A stretch of 64,000 nucleotides of DNA from an uncultured Verrucomicrobiae bacterium (GTDB lineage Bacteria; Verrucomicrobiota; Verrucomicrobiia; Limisphaerales; Palsa-1400), in NCBI GenBank assembly GCA_963702845.1, contig OY969763.1, forward strand, positions 4,704,001 through 4,768,000. The letters run 5' to 3'. Of this stretch, positions 30,626 to 40,965 are shown in pieces. The notes beneath the pieces are model-generated. The model was not told where the DNA came from. It searched no databases and saw nothing but the letters and a program-made list of their open reading frames with translations. Both the position numbers and the translations under genes were made by a program. How positions within the stretch are numbered: position 1 is the first letter of the stretch; every line of letters starts with the position of its first letter.

Positions 30626-31495
30626 TCACGGCGTCCCATAATTCGGCACCACCGCGCCTCGAAGTATTCTCAGCCACGTCCGGAAAATCAGCGCCAGCTT
30701 CTGCGCCTTCGTCAACCGCGTCGGTTCCGGTCCAAAAACATCAAACCGCGTCCGCTCCAACTTCTGCAACAACCGCCAATAAACCGACCCCATCAACTCC
30801 GCCGCACCCATCGCGCGCCGATCCTCCAGCGGCAACGTCTGTCGCGCCAACTGGTAATACTTGCGCGCCTGCTGCGACACACTCCGTGCCAGCGCTTCGA
30901 ATCGATCCGAATACTCGCCGCGCAAAATCTCCTGCTCCGTCACCTTGAACCGCGCCAGCTCGCTCAACGGCAAATAAATTCGTCCCCGCTCCGCGTCCGT
31001 CTTCACATCGCGCAAAATATTCGTCAACTGCAGCGCCTTCCCGAGGTAAATCGCGTAATCCCGGCACGCCGCATTCGAATAGCCAAAAATCTCAATACTC
31101 AATAAACCCACCACCGACGCCACCCGATAACAATACTGCTCCAGGTCCGCAAAATTCTCGTAACGCTTGATATCCAGATCCATCTCCACGCCCCGAATTA
31201 GCTCGTCGAAATATTCAAACGGCAAATGATAGTGCGCGATGACCGGCTTGAACTCCTTGTTCGTCGAAAACGCAGGAATGCCTCCATCGCACGCGCGCCG
31301 AATATCCTCGCGCCACTTCGCCAGCGCCACCCGCCGTTGCTCCACCGGCACGCTTTCCTCATCCGCCACATCATCCACCTCGCGACAAAACGCATACAGC
31401 GCCGACATCGCGTCGCGCTTCGCCCGCGGCAAAAGCACAAACGCCAGCGCCAGGTTCGACGCACTCTTCCGCGTTATGTTTTTGCTCTCCTGCAT
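30626..31495 (-). CDS. hpnD: Presqualene diphosphate synthase (squalene/phytoene synthase family)
   Basis: YAFCREVDDVAD, YCYRVAS, LQLTNILRDV, GRIYLP. Confidence 0.85.
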   Translation of the reverse strand: MQESKNITRKSASNLALAFVLLPRAKRDAMSALYAFCREVDDVADEESVPVEQRRVALAKWREDIRRACDGGIPAFSTNKEFKPVIAHYHLPFEYFDELIRGVEMDLDIKRYENFADLEQYCYRVASVVGLLSIEIFGYSNAACRDYAIYLGKALQLTNILRDVKTDAERGRIYLPLSELARFKVTEQEILRGEYSDRFEALARSVSQQARKYYQLARQTLPLEDRRAMGAAELMGSVYWRLLQKLERTRFDVFGPEPTRLTKAQKLALIFRTWLRILRGAVVPNYGTP

Positions 31496-31692
31496 TTGCT
31501 CGCGTGAACTTTAATCACAAACCGACACAAATAAACGAGCACAAAAAAAGGCCGCTTTCTCACAATTCCACCATTGTGCCAAAAAGTGATTGGCAGCGCC
31601 TCCCGGCTTGGTATCGTCCTGCAATACATCCAACACAGCTCGCGCTCGAATCTCTTCCAGCCCGAGTTCAACGTTTAGTGGGATTAAACTCT

Positions 31693-34600
31693 ATGAAAAC
31701 AGGTCTGAAATTTTACTGCGCCGCGATTGTCCTCGCCGCCGCAACCGCTCTCAATACCTTCGCCGCCGTCATTCCCAACGTGAATGTCATAGGGGCCTCC
31801 TCCGAATATGCCGCCGGTCGCGACCAGCGCCGCGGAACCAATGTCCTCGGCGGCATCGGATTGTTCGGTGACATCCATACCGCCGATCCCGCAGGCAACA
31901 TGTGGATGACCTCCGCCACCGCCACCAACGTCGGCGCATTTACAAACGCCTTCCTGACCTTTGATCTCGGTGCAAACTACACGGTCAGCCGCCTCAAAGT
32001 CTGGAACTACAACGGCCCCACCAACGGTGCAGGCTCCGGTGCCAGCGTCAAAACCGCCGCCATTTCCTACAGCGCCGACAATGTCACTTATACAACAAAC
32101 CTTCCGAGTGCCAACTTCAACGCCGCGCCCCTTCTCTTCACCAACTTCGGCCAAACCATCGACATGGGAGGAGTCTCAGCCCGTTACGTTCGCTTGAACG
32201 TCACCACCATTTACTCCACCACCACAACCAGCAACCGCGTCGGCCTCGCCAAAGTCCAATTCATTGACGACACCGTCCCACCGACGGTAATCCTCGCCAC
32301 CCGCAATTTCTCCGCCAACCAGGTCACCGTGCAGTTCTCCGAATCCATCCTGCCCTCAACCGCAACCAACATCGCCAACTACGGCATCCAGTCCGGCGGA
32401 ACAAGCGCAACCATCCAAAGCGCCACGATGGGCACCTACAGCGACACCGTCGTCCTCCAAACGTCGCTACTCGATACAAATCTCACCTACACCATCACCG
32501 CCCAAAACATCCGCGACGCCGCCAACACTATCAGCATCGCCAGCACCAATTTAACCATTGGCTCCGAATTAGTCGCGTGGCTCCAAGCCGATAACGGTGT
32601 CACCGCCGACGGCAGCGGCTTCGTCAGCCAATGGAACGACCAATCCGGCAACGCCAATAACGCAGTCAATGCCACCAACGCTACCCAACCCACCCTGTCC
32701 AGCGGCGTAATCAACGGGCTTCCCGCCGTGCACTTCGACGGCACATCCCAACTTCTCGAAATCCCATTCAATTCCACCCTCGTGGCCAATCGCGATTTCA
32801 CTTTCTACATCGTGATGAGCGCCGACAGCGCGGACCCGGGCGCCGTGCAGGGCCCCATCAGCCTCTGTTACACCAACGTCCCCGGCCACTTTGATTTCCA
32901 AATCGCGCGCACTACAGGCAAACTCTCGTTCCTTCGCGGCAATCGCTATGGACTATCCTCATTCGCCGCCACTGCTGCGATTACTCCGGGCCAATATTAC
33001 CTCGTCTCCTTCGTCATGCGCGGCACCAACGCGACCGCTTACTTGAACGGAAGCTTCAACGGTCGCAGCGCATTTACCACTGGAACATTCACGGTAGGAA
33101 ACGCCGTCCGAATCGGCCTGCGACAAGACTTAGCCACGAAATTCCGTGGAAATATTGCTGAAGCCATGCTGTTTCGCGGTGCCGTTTCAGACACCGAACG
33201 TTTGAATCTCGACACCTACATCGCCAACAAATACGCCCTCCCCATCGTCACCCTCGCTATCACCCAACAACCGACCAGCATCACCCGCCTCGCCGGCCAA
33301 CGCGCATCATTCGGAGTTGTCGCAACCGCCGGTTCGCCGACCATAAACTATCAATGGCAAAAAGGCGGCGTGAATATTCCCAACGCAACCAACTCCACTT
33401 ATACAACGCCCGTTACACTAGCCGACACCGGCACGTCTTATCAGGTGATCGTTTCCGTTCCAGGCGGATCGACCGCGACGAGCACGGCCGCGACCCTCAC
33501 TGTCCAGGCAAACACCCAAGCCCCGACCCTCATGTCCGCCAGCCGAGTTGCCAACAGCGCCACCGATATTCTCCTGGCTTATTCCATTGCAATGAATCCT
33601 GCCAGCGCGACCAGCATAGCAAATTATTCGCTCAACAACGGCGCGACAATTTCGTCCGCAATTGCTGGCAGTGCACCCAATCAGGTCATATTGACAACTT
33701 CCGGCCTGACCTCATCCAACGCCTATTATCTCTCTGCCCAAAACGTAAAGGACACTTTCAACAACACCATGGTCCCGACTTCAACGCTCGTGGTGCCCGC
33801 CAATCTCTCGATCTGGCTCAAAGCCGATGCCGGTGTCATTACCGATATTCCAAGCTCTATCAACGAATGGGACGACCAAAGCGCCAACACCAATAACGCT
33901 CTCCAATTTTCCCAATCCGATCGAATGCCCACCTACGCTTCCGGTGCCATCAACGGTTTGCCCACGGCCCGCTTCGATGGACTCAGCAACTATCTCGAAG
34001 CCGCCTCTTCCCCGAGCCTCGCCTTCAACGGCGACATGACCATCTACGTCATTGCCAATTTCGCCGACTTCACCGGCCCTCGCGAAATCCTTGGCAAAAC
34101 CCTCGCCAATCAACCCGCGCCATTTGATTACTACGCCCAAAACGCAACCACCCTGCGCTTCTATCGCGGCAACGGCACCGTCAACAGTTCCGCCGTCGGT
34201 GCAAAAAATATTTCAGCCGGCTCGCCTCATCTCCTCTCCGTCACGATGCAAGGCACAAACGTCAGCCAATATCTCGACAGCGCCCTCAATGCCACCGGCG
34301 GACTTTCCATAACCATTGCCGACGCCGGCACGCCTCTCAAAATCGGCTCGCGCGACGATCTTTTCCAGTTCATGAAAGGCGACATCTCCGAAATTATCAT
34401 CTTCAACTCCTCGATCTCAGCGAATGACCGCGCCGCCATCGACGGCTATCTCGGTGCAAAATATTTCCCAATCTCCTTCACCCAACAACCATCCGATGCC
34501 GCCGTCATCGAAGGCGCCACCGTGTCCTTCAACACAGCCGTTTCCGGAGTCGGTGTCTCCTATCAATGGTACGACGTCACCGCCGGAGGTTCAGTCGCGC

Positions 34601-35823
34601 TTCCGGGCCAAACCAGCACCAACCTCGTCTTCACCGCGCAAGCCACCCAGGACCAACATCAATATGCAATGGTCGTCACGGCAGGATTAACTTCAGTGAC
34701 CAGCTCCATCGTCACCCTCACCGTCCAAAGCAGCGCTCCCGTCATCACCTCCGATCTCCCGGCCGAATTACTCGCCTACACCGGCTCCACCATCAAACTC
34801 GCCGTAACCGCCCTTGGCTCCGCGCCCATCGCCTATCATTGGCAAAAGAATGGCGCAAACTTATCCGACACCGCGCAGCTCACCGGCTCCCATAGCAACA
34901 TCCTCACCATCGCCAACGCCCAGGCAGGCGACGCTGGCAGTTACCAACTCCTTCTCTCCAATTCCGTCGGCCCCAACAACAGCGTCCTCGCAACACTCGT
35001 CGTCGAATCGCGCCCGACCTTCAACACGGACGGCAATGGTTGGAAACTCAATGGCGGCTCAGGCATCGCCAACAATGTGCTCACCCTCACCGACGGCGCC
35101 GCCAGCCAAGGCCGCAGCGCCTACTTCACCTATCCGCTCTACATCAGATCCTTCGGTGCCGCCTTCACCTATCAAGACGTCAACACCGCAGGCGCAGACG
35201 GCGCTACCTTCATCCTTCAAAACGCCCCCGCCGGCATCTCAGCACTTGGCTCTGTCGGTGCCGGTTTAGGCTACGGCGGCATCACGCCCAGCTTCGCCAT
35301 CGAGTTCAACATTTTCGCGAACAACACCGTCGGCATCGCACTCCGCACAAACGGCGTCACCGGCAAACCCTACACAGCAACCACCCCCGTCAACATCGCC
35401 AGCGGTGATCCCATCAACGTCACAATTCTCTACGCCAACGGCACCCTCCAACTGACCCTTCAGGACACCATCACAACCGGTTCCTTCTCCACCAACCTCA
35501 CCATCGATCTTCCGACCGCACTCGGGGCCGACACGGCCTACGTCGGATTCACCGGTGGCAGTGGCGCAACCACCTCAACCCAACAAATCAGCAACTTCGC
35601 ATACCTGCCCTACCCAACCCTTTCCGCCCAACTCAACGGCAGTGGCAAAATCCTCCTCTCCTGGCCCGCGTCCATCGGTGGATACAACCTCCAAACAAAA
35701 TCCGACCTCAGCGCTGGCACATGGCAAAACTCCGGCGCGCCCATCACCCTCACCAACGGCCAAAACCAACTCCAGATCACACCAGTTGGCAGCGCCAATT
35801 TCTACCAACTCATCCTGCCGTAG
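31693..35823 (+). CDS. Large secreted multidomain protein (discoidin-like, two LamG-like, Ig repeats, legume-lectin domain, C-terminal FYQL-type domain)
   Basis: Signal peptide from ATG 31693; duplicated WL.AD.GV...W.DQS..N modules; ITQQP..YQW Ig repeats; ADG.TF and AYVGFTG lectin motifs. Confidence 0.8.
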   Translation: MKTGLKFYCAAIVLAAATALNTFAAVIPNVNVIGASSEYAAGRDQRRGTNVLGGIGLFGDIHTADPAGNMWMTSATATNVGAFTNAFLTFDLGANYTVSRLKVWNYNGPTNGAGSGASVKTAAISYSADNVTYTTNLPSANFNAAPLLFTNFGQTIDMGGVSARYVRLNVTTIYSTTTTSNRVGLAKVQFIDDTVPPTVILATRNFSANQVTVQFSESILPSTATNIANYGIQSGGTSATIQSATMGTYSDTVVLQTSLLDTNLTYTITAQNIRDAANTISIASTNLTIGSELVAWLQADNGVTADGSGFVSQWNDQSGNANNAVNATNATQPTLSSGVINGLPAVHFDGTSQLLEIPFNSTLVANRDFTFYIVMSADSADPGAVQGPISLCYTNVPGHFDFQIARTTGKLSFLRGNRYGLSSFAATAAITPGQYYLVSFVMRGTNATAYLNGSFNGRSAFTTGTFTVGNAVRIGLRQDLATKFRGNIAEAMLFRGAVSDTERLNLDTYIANKYALPIVTLAITQQPTSITRLAGQRASFGVVATAGSPTINYQWQKGGVNIPNATNSTYTTPVTLADTGTSYQVIVSVPGGSTATSTAATLTVQANTQAPTLMSASRVANSATDILLAYSIAMNPASATSIANYSLNNGATISSAIAGSAPNQVILTTSGLTSSNAYYLSAQNVKDTFNNTMVPTSTLVVPANLSIWLKADAGVITDIPSSINEWDDQSANTNNALQFSQSDRMPTYASGAINGLPTARFDGLSNYLEAASSPSLAFNGDMTIYVIANFADFTGPREILGKTLANQPAPFDYYAQNATTLRFYRGNGTVNSSAVGAKNISAGSPHLLSVTMQGTNVSQYLDSALNATGGLSITIADAGTPLKIGSRDDLFQFMKGDISEIIIFNSSISANDRAAIDGYLGAKYFPISFTQQPSDAAVIEGATVSFNTAVSGVGVSYQWYDVTAGGSVALPGQTSTNLVFTAQATQDQHQYAMVVTAGLTSVTSSIVTLTVQSSAPVITSDLPAELLAYTGSTIKLAVTALGSAPIAYHWQKNGANLSDTAQLTGSHSNILTIANAQAGDAGSYQLLLSNSVGPNNSVLATLVVESRPTFNTDGNGWKLNGGSGIANNVLTLTDGAASQGRSAYFTYPLYIRSFGAAFTYQDVNTAGADGATFILQNAPAGISALGSVGAGLGYGGITPSFAIEFNIFANNTVGIALRTNGVTGKPYTATTPVNIASGDPINVTILYANGTLQLTLQDTITTGSFSTNLTIDLPTALGADTAYVGFTGGSGATTSTQQISNFAYLPYPTLSAQLNGSGKILLSWPASIGGYNLQTKSDLSAGTWQNSGAPITLTNGQNQLQITPVGSANFYQLILP

Positions 35824-35890
35824 AAACCCGACTTCAATCTTTGGATCGGCCGACGTGCGCAGGCTCGTCGTCCGTCCAATTCGTACAAAC

Positions 35891-35918
35891 AAAAACGGCG
35901 AGGTTTTCACCTCGCCGT
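35891..35918 (-). terminator. Intrinsic terminator of rplU-rpmA (possibly bidirectional)
   Basis: ACGGCGAGGT-TTTC-ACCTCGCCGT hairpin; the adjacent A-run is a U-tract on the minus strand. Confidence 0.7.
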
Positions 35919-35941
35919 CTGAAAAATTTCGCTGTGCTTAA

Positions 35942-36208
35942 CTAGTTCGACTTCGCAGCTGCGGCTTCCGCCAACACATTCACACGACGGCTACCTTTAT
36001 CGAACAACACCTTGCCATCCGCCAGGGCGAACAACGTCCAATCGCGGCCGGTGCCCACATTCTTACCCGCGACAAACTTCGAGCCGCGTTGACGAACGAT
36101 GATACTGCCGGCGGTGACGAACTGGCCGCCAAATTCTTTTACGCCGAGACGTTTGCTAACGCTATCACGGCCGTTACGAACACTTCCTTGTCCTTTTTTA
36201 TGTGCCAT
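35942..36208 (-). CDS. rpmA: 50S ribosomal protein L27
   Basis: [22 protein letters not shown]. Confidence 0.98.
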   Translation of the reverse strand: MAHKKGQGSVRNGRDSVSKRLGVKEFGGQFVTAGSIIVRQRGSKFVAGKNVGTGRDWTLFALADGKVLFDKGSRRVNVLAEAAAAKSN

Positions 36209-36220
36209 AAAATTGTCCTG

Positions 36221-36532
36221 TTAAGGTTTGATCTCTTTAATTTTGACGATGCTCAGCTCCTGGCGATGGCCGATCTTCTTGTGATAACCTTTGCGGCGCT
36301 TCATTTTGAAGCTCACCTTTTTCTCGCCGCGGATATGCTCCACGACATCCGCCACCACCGTCGCCTTGGCGATCAATGGCGAGCCGATGGTAAATTTGCC
36401 CTCGCTGCCGACGAACAACACCTTATCAAAGGTATGCGGTTTGCCTGCCTCGGTGGCAACGTGTTCAATTTCAAGCGTGTCACCAGCGGTGACGCGATAT
36501 TGTCTGCTTCCAGTTTCGATAACTGCGTACAT
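36221..36532 (-). CDS. rplU: 50S ribosomal protein L21
   Basis: [12 protein letters not shown]...KRRKGY..GHRQ; upstream of rpmA. Confidence 0.97.
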   Translation of the reverse strand: MYAVIETGSRQYRVTAGDTLEIEHVATEAGKPHTFDKVLFVGSEGKFTIGSPLIAKATVVADVVEHIRGEKKVSFKMKRRKGYHKKIGHRQELSIVKIKEIKP

Positions 36533-36770
36533 AAAAAATAGTCCGGTTCTAAAAGAGCGGTAAATTCGACCAGAACGGATAGTCCGTGTCAACCTTTTCC
36601 GAGCCGCTGAATATTGCCTAAAAACTGCCAGATGCAAGCCGTTTGTTCGCGATTCTGTCCAAAACAACGGTAATTTTCAACCCTTCGACATTTTGACCTC
36701 CGCCTTTCAACTCTGGCCCCTCGACCTTCGACCCTCGACTCTCGACCTTTCCACGTCCGCACGATTCATT

Positions 36771-36798
36771 TTGACAATTACTTCTATCCGGCTACATT
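36771..36798 (+). promoter_or_regulatory. Sigma70-type promoter of tRNA-Ala
   Basis: TTGACA, 16-bp spacer, TACATT, 36 bp upstream of the tRNA. Confidence 0.6.
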
Positions 36799-36834
36799 TT
36801 CGATCGTGAACCACAGGGAAATGTGGTTTTGGAT

Positions 36835-36910
36835 GGGGTCGTAGCTCAGTTGGTAGAGCACCACAATGGCATTGTGGGGGTCATCGGTTCGAACCCGTTC
36901 GGCTCCACCA
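36835..36910 (+). tRNA. tRNA-Ala (GGC)
   Basis: 76-nt cloverleaf; GGGGTCG/CGGCTCC acceptor with G3:U70; CCACA-ATGGCAT-TGTGG anticodon arm; GGTTCGAA T-loop; encoded CCA. Confidence 0.96.
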
Positions 36911-37028
36911 TCCTTCCTTTTCAATCGCTTACGTTCTGTTTTCCGCACCCTTTTGCTTTCGCCCTCTCGACTTTCGACCTTCGACCAATCCCAACTGTCA
37001 CACTTTTCCATTCCAAGCCACTCCCTAG

Positions 37029-38654
37029 ATGACTATGCTTTCAAACATCATCTCGGCTGAACCCATATCGACCGACGCCCAATTAGTTGAATCCGTTTTG
37101 AACGGCGACCGCGACGCCTTTGCCCAGCTCGTCGCCAAATACCAAAACCCCATCGCCGCCTTCACTTACAGCGGCTGTGGTGACATCAGCCGGAGCGAGG
37201 ATCTTGCCCAGGAAACATTCATCATCGCCTGGCGCAAACTCCGCGACCTCAAAGAACCCGCCAAATTCAAAAGCTGGCTCTTCGGCATCGCCCGCAACCT
37301 CATCCACAACTCCGCGCGCCGCCAAACCCGCAACCCGCTCGCCACCTCCGACCCAATCGATGAAAATTTGACCAGCACCGCTCTTGCCGCCAACCCAACC
37401 GACCACGCCATCACCAAAGAAGAACAAGCCATCCTTTGGCAGGCCCTCGAACACATCCCGGAACCCTACCGCGAGCCGCTGGTCCTTTTCTACCGTGAAC
37501 ACCAATCCATCCAACGCGTCTCCCAAACCCTCGACCTCACCGAAGAAACCACGCGCCAACGCCTCTCGCGCGGCCGCAAACTCCTCCACGAACGCGTCAT
37601 CGCCTTCGTCGAAGGCGCACTCCAACAAACCGCGCCAGACCAAACCTTCACCGCCGGAGTCCTCGCGGCTCTGCCTACTGCTGCGGCAACCACAGCGACA
37701 TTGACCGCCTCATCCATCAAAGGCACCGCTGGCAAAACCGCCGCATCCATCGGCCTCAAAATCTTTCTTGTGCCATTCCTCTGGCTCCTCGGCGCGCTCG
37801 CGGCGACATGGTCGTCGATCTTCAAACTGACCAACTCGAAGCGCGAACGAAAATACGCCATCAAAGCCGCCATCGTTTTCTGGACCTACAACATCATTTG
37901 GGCCGCGTTCTGGATCGTGCTGCAAGCATATGGCGATTGGCGACATCACCACAAAGCGCTGACCCTGACCTTGGACATCTCGATGATTCCATACGCCATC
38001 GGTCTCTACGCCATGTTCTCCGTCAATAGGCGCACCCAACGTCGCATTCGCATCGAAGAATCCGGCATGACCACCGACCCCGGCCTTCTGGGCACCGGCC
38101 AGCCATTCGAATGGCGCAGCCGCCGCGAATTCCTGGGCGTCCCCCTCGTTCACGTCCGTTTCAACCCGGAGTTGAAAGACAAAACCGCTGCCAAAGGTTG
38201 GATCGCCATCGGCACGCGCGCTCACGGAATCGTTTTCGCCGCAGGCGGACTCGCCGTCGCGCCGATTGCCTGGGGTGCATTGGCGATCGGCATCGTGGGC
38301 CTCGGCGGCTTCGGCATTGGTGTGCTCGCCTTCGGCGGCATTGCTATTGGCTGCGCTGCAGTCGGCGGCGCCGCGATTGGCTACATGGCGTATGGCGGAA
38401 TGTCGCTGGCCTGGCTCGCTGCATATGGTGGCGCTCCCATCGCGCACGACTTCGCCATCGGTGGCCAAGGCCTTGCCGCGCACGTCAACGACGATGCCGC
38501 GCACGCATTCTTCGATCAAAGCCTCTTCTTCCGCTTCGCCGGCCCATTCACTGGTGTCATGGTCACGGTATCGTGGCTTTTCCCACTCGCGACCGTCTGG
38601 TTCAAAAAGCGGTTTGGGAAACGAACTGAAAACACTTTGAATCTCGCGAAATAA
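37029..38654 (+). CDS. ECF sigma-70 factor fused to a C-terminal multi-TM Gly-rich extension
   Basis: EDLAQETF, FKSWLFGIARN, region 4 RQRLSRGRKLL; hydrophobic GxxAxG repeats at the C-terminus. Confidence 0.85.
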   Translation: MTMLSNIISAEPISTDAQLVESVLNGDRDAFAQLVAKYQNPIAAFTYSGCGDISRSEDLAQETFIIAWRKLRDLKEPAKFKSWLFGIARNLIHNSARRQTRNPLATSDPIDENLTSTALAANPTDHAITKEEQAILWQALEHIPEPYREPLVLFYREHQSIQRVSQTLDLTEETTRQRLSRGRKLLHERVIAFVEGALQQTAPDQTFTAGVLAALPTAAATTATLTASSIKGTAGKTAASIGLKIFLVPFLWLLGALAATWSSIFKLTNSKRERKYAIKAAIVFWTYNIIWAAFWIVLQAYGDWRHHHKALTLTLDISMIPYAIGLYAMFSVNRRTQRRIRIEESGMTTDPGLLGTGQPFEWRSRREFLGVPLVHVRFNPELKDKTAAKGWIAIGTRAHGIVFAAGGLAVAPIAWGALAIGIVGLGGFGIGVLAFGGIAIGCAAVGGAAIGYMAYGGMSLAWLAAYGGAPIAHDFAIGGQGLAAHVNDDAAHAFFDQSLFFRFAGPFTGVMVTVSWLFPLATVWFKKRFGKRTENTLNLAK

Positions 38655-38678
38655 AAATCGTTCATTCCTAGCAGCCGA

Positions 38679-38710
38679 GGCCTGTCCCCCGTAGCCTTGG
38701 CGAAGGTGAA
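38679..38710 (+). repeat. Short dispersed repeat GGCCTGTCC..TAGC..GCGAAGG, second copy at about 48977-49010
   Basis: GGCCTGTCCCCGTAGCCTTGGCGAAGGTGAA vs GGCCTGTCCTCCATAGCTTCACGCGAAGGAGGA. Confidence 0.55.
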
Positions 38711-38818
38711 TAACGAGGCTCTAACTTCCCTACGTGTGAATCCTGGTTACATTTGAGCCGGTCTCTCCCCCCATTCTATTGACGCGGAACTTTCCCGGCC
38801 CGATGCTGTTTACCTGGT

Positions 38819-40015
38819 ATGACGCTGCAAAACCTTATCGCCACCGCTCACGAAAACGGCGCAAGCGATTTGCATCTTGAAGCCGGCATGCCACCGGCTA
38901 TCCGCGTCCGTGGCGCGCTGCGACTTTTCAGCGATCCCATCGCTGCCGAAACCCTTCTCGCCGCCGCCAAAGAAATCATTGGCCAACACCATTGGCCCGC
39001 GTTTCTCGAACGTCGTTCTTACGACCTCTCGAAAACTATTTGCGGCGCGCGTTGTCGCATCAACATTCTCCAAACATCACGCGGCATCGGTTTTGCCATT
39101 CGATTACTGCCCGCGTTTCAAGCCACGCTCGACACCCTCAACCTGCATCCTGATCTAAAAAAACTCGTAGACCATTCCAACGGCCTCGTTCTCATTAGCG
39201 GTCCGACTGGTAGTGGCAAAACTTCGACCCTCGCCGCGCTTATCCAAACCATCAACCTCGGCGCGGAAGTTAAACACATCGTCACCGTTGAGAGCCCGAT
39301 CGAATATTCCTTTCGTCCGCGTCGCGCCTTCATCCGCCAGCGCGAAGTCGGCCGCGACACACCCAGCTTCGAGCAAGCGTTGCTCGACAGCTTGCGCGAA
39401 GATCCCGATGTCCTGATGGTCGGAGAAATGCGCGATCCCGAAACGATGCGCCTGACCCTCAACGCCGCCGAAACCGGCCATCTCGTTTTTGCTACCGTCC
39501 ATTCCTCGACTTGCGCTGAAGCCCTGCAACGCGTCGTCAGCGCGTTCCCTGCTGAAATCCAAAACAACGTCGCCGCGCAACTCGCCGATTGCCTCATCGG
39601 CGTTGTCTCCCAACGACTCCAATTCCGTCAGAGCCAAAACATCGTCGTGCCCGAATGTGAAATTCTCCTTTCGAGCCATCCGGTGAAAAACTTCATCCGC
39701 AACCGCGACTTTTTCAAAATCCAAACGGTTTTGGAAACCGGCGCAGAACACGGCATGTGGACCTTCGCGCGCTATCGCACATGGCTCGAGAAACGCACCA
39801 ATTTCCACGTCCCGACAGCCACCGTCGAACCCGAAGAACCCGAGGCAATCGAACCCGAAATCACGTTACCAAATATCCGCACCACAAAAACAAAACCCGA
39901 AGAACCCGAACGCGCGCCCGTGCCACAGAAGCCATCATCCGGAGCGCCGCCTTCGTCCGGCCGAATCGAAATCGAGCCCGACGAAGAATTCGAAAAAATC
40001 CTCAAAAAACCATAA
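38819..40015 (+). CDS. pilT: PilT/PilU-family type IV pilus ATPase
   Basis: ASDLHL, GPTGSGKTS, QREVG, LREDPDVLMVGEMRD, ETGHLVFATVH. Confidence 0.88.
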   Translation: MTLQNLIATAHENGASDLHLEAGMPPAIRVRGALRLFSDPIAAETLLAAAKEIIGQHHWPAFLERRSYDLSKTICGARCRINILQTSRGIGFAIRLLPAFQATLDTLNLHPDLKKLVDHSNGLVLISGPTGSGKTSTLAALIQTINLGAEVKHIVTVESPIEYSFRPRRAFIRQREVGRDTPSFEQALLDSLREDPDVLMVGEMRDPETMRLTLNAAETGHLVFATVHSSTCAEALQRVVSAFPAEIQNNVAAQLADCLIGVVSQRLQFRQSQNIVVPECEILLSSHPVKNFIRNRDFFKIQTVLETGAEHGMWTFARYRTWLEKRTNFHVPTATVEPEEPEAIEPEITLPNIRTTKTKPEEPERAPVPQKPSSGAPPSSGRIEIEPDEEFEKILKKP

Positions 40016-40149
40016 TTTTTCCCCTCTTCGCTTCCCGCAAAACTTACTTTTCAGCCTTTAGCCTTCAGCCTTTTCTGTCGCCCGCGGCGTTCTTTCCTCC
40101 CCGCCCTCGCCACCGTCTGATTCAAAAACGCTTTAGCAAACGCCTCGAT

Positions 40150-40803
40150 TCACTGCAAAAAGTAATCTATATGCACGAACGTGGGCGGCAGGTCATATGG
40201 CGAGAAGTCGGAATAGAGCAGCCAGAAATATTCGATGCCAACAACTTTGCTTATGATTTCCATGGCGTATCTATCCGTAGGATAGATTTTTCTGTGCTCT
40301 CCGGTCATTTTGGACCGCGGCACCGCCCACGTCGGACGACCTTTTTTCTTATTTCGCTGTATCTCTGCCCTTAATTCCTCCTCCGTCATTCTAAAATCAA
40401 CTGGTGTGGCAACTATTTTGGGCTCGAGCAGTGCCAGGACGCGATCCTTGTCAGGTTTGGTCGGGCATAAATCCAGAATTGCGCGGCGCACGAAAAGTAA
40501 ACCTTTGATTGCGGGACGTGGATGACTGTCCAGTGGCTGGCCGCCACGATACAGCCAGAAGCTGAACCCGTCTTCGCCCTGCAAAAACCCAAATACATAG
40601 GCGTCGCTTAATGCCAATGATAAGTCACGCGACAGCTCTGCTAACTTCGTGCCGCCGTGATCTTCGTTGCGTTTATCGTAAACGCCGACCCAATCGGCAC
40701 CGGAAATACCGACATAATAGTCGTACTGCTTAAGCAATCGCAGCGCGGCGGTGACCTGTTCCACCGACTGCATGCGCACGTGAATTGATCCAAACCATCC
40801 CAT
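40150..40803 (-). CDS. Hypothetical protein
   Basis: 217-aa ORF with ATG start filling the intergenic space; no recognised motif. Confidence 0.6.
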   Translation of the reverse strand: MGWFGSIHVRMQSVEQVTAALRLLKQYDYYVGISGADWVGVYDKRNEDHGGTKLAELSRDLSLALSDAYVFGFLQGEDGFSFWLYRGGQPLDSHPRPAIKGLLFVRRAILDLCPTKPDKDRVLALLEPKIVATPVDFRMTEEELRAEIQRNKKKGRPTWAVPRSKMTGEHRKIYPTDRYAMEIISKVVGIEYFWLLYSDFSPYDLPPTFVHIDYFLQ

Positions 40804-40965
40804 ATATGGAAATTGCTGCGTACAATAGTCGCGTCAATTCCGAATTAAAACGCAAGAGTTTAGATCTGCATTCAAGCTCTCGCAACTTCCGCCGCGGAAC
40901 GTTGCAAAAAAATTTCTATGCTTCAGCTGAGACGCAATTTCCCTTAATTTTGTCGTTAATCGACT

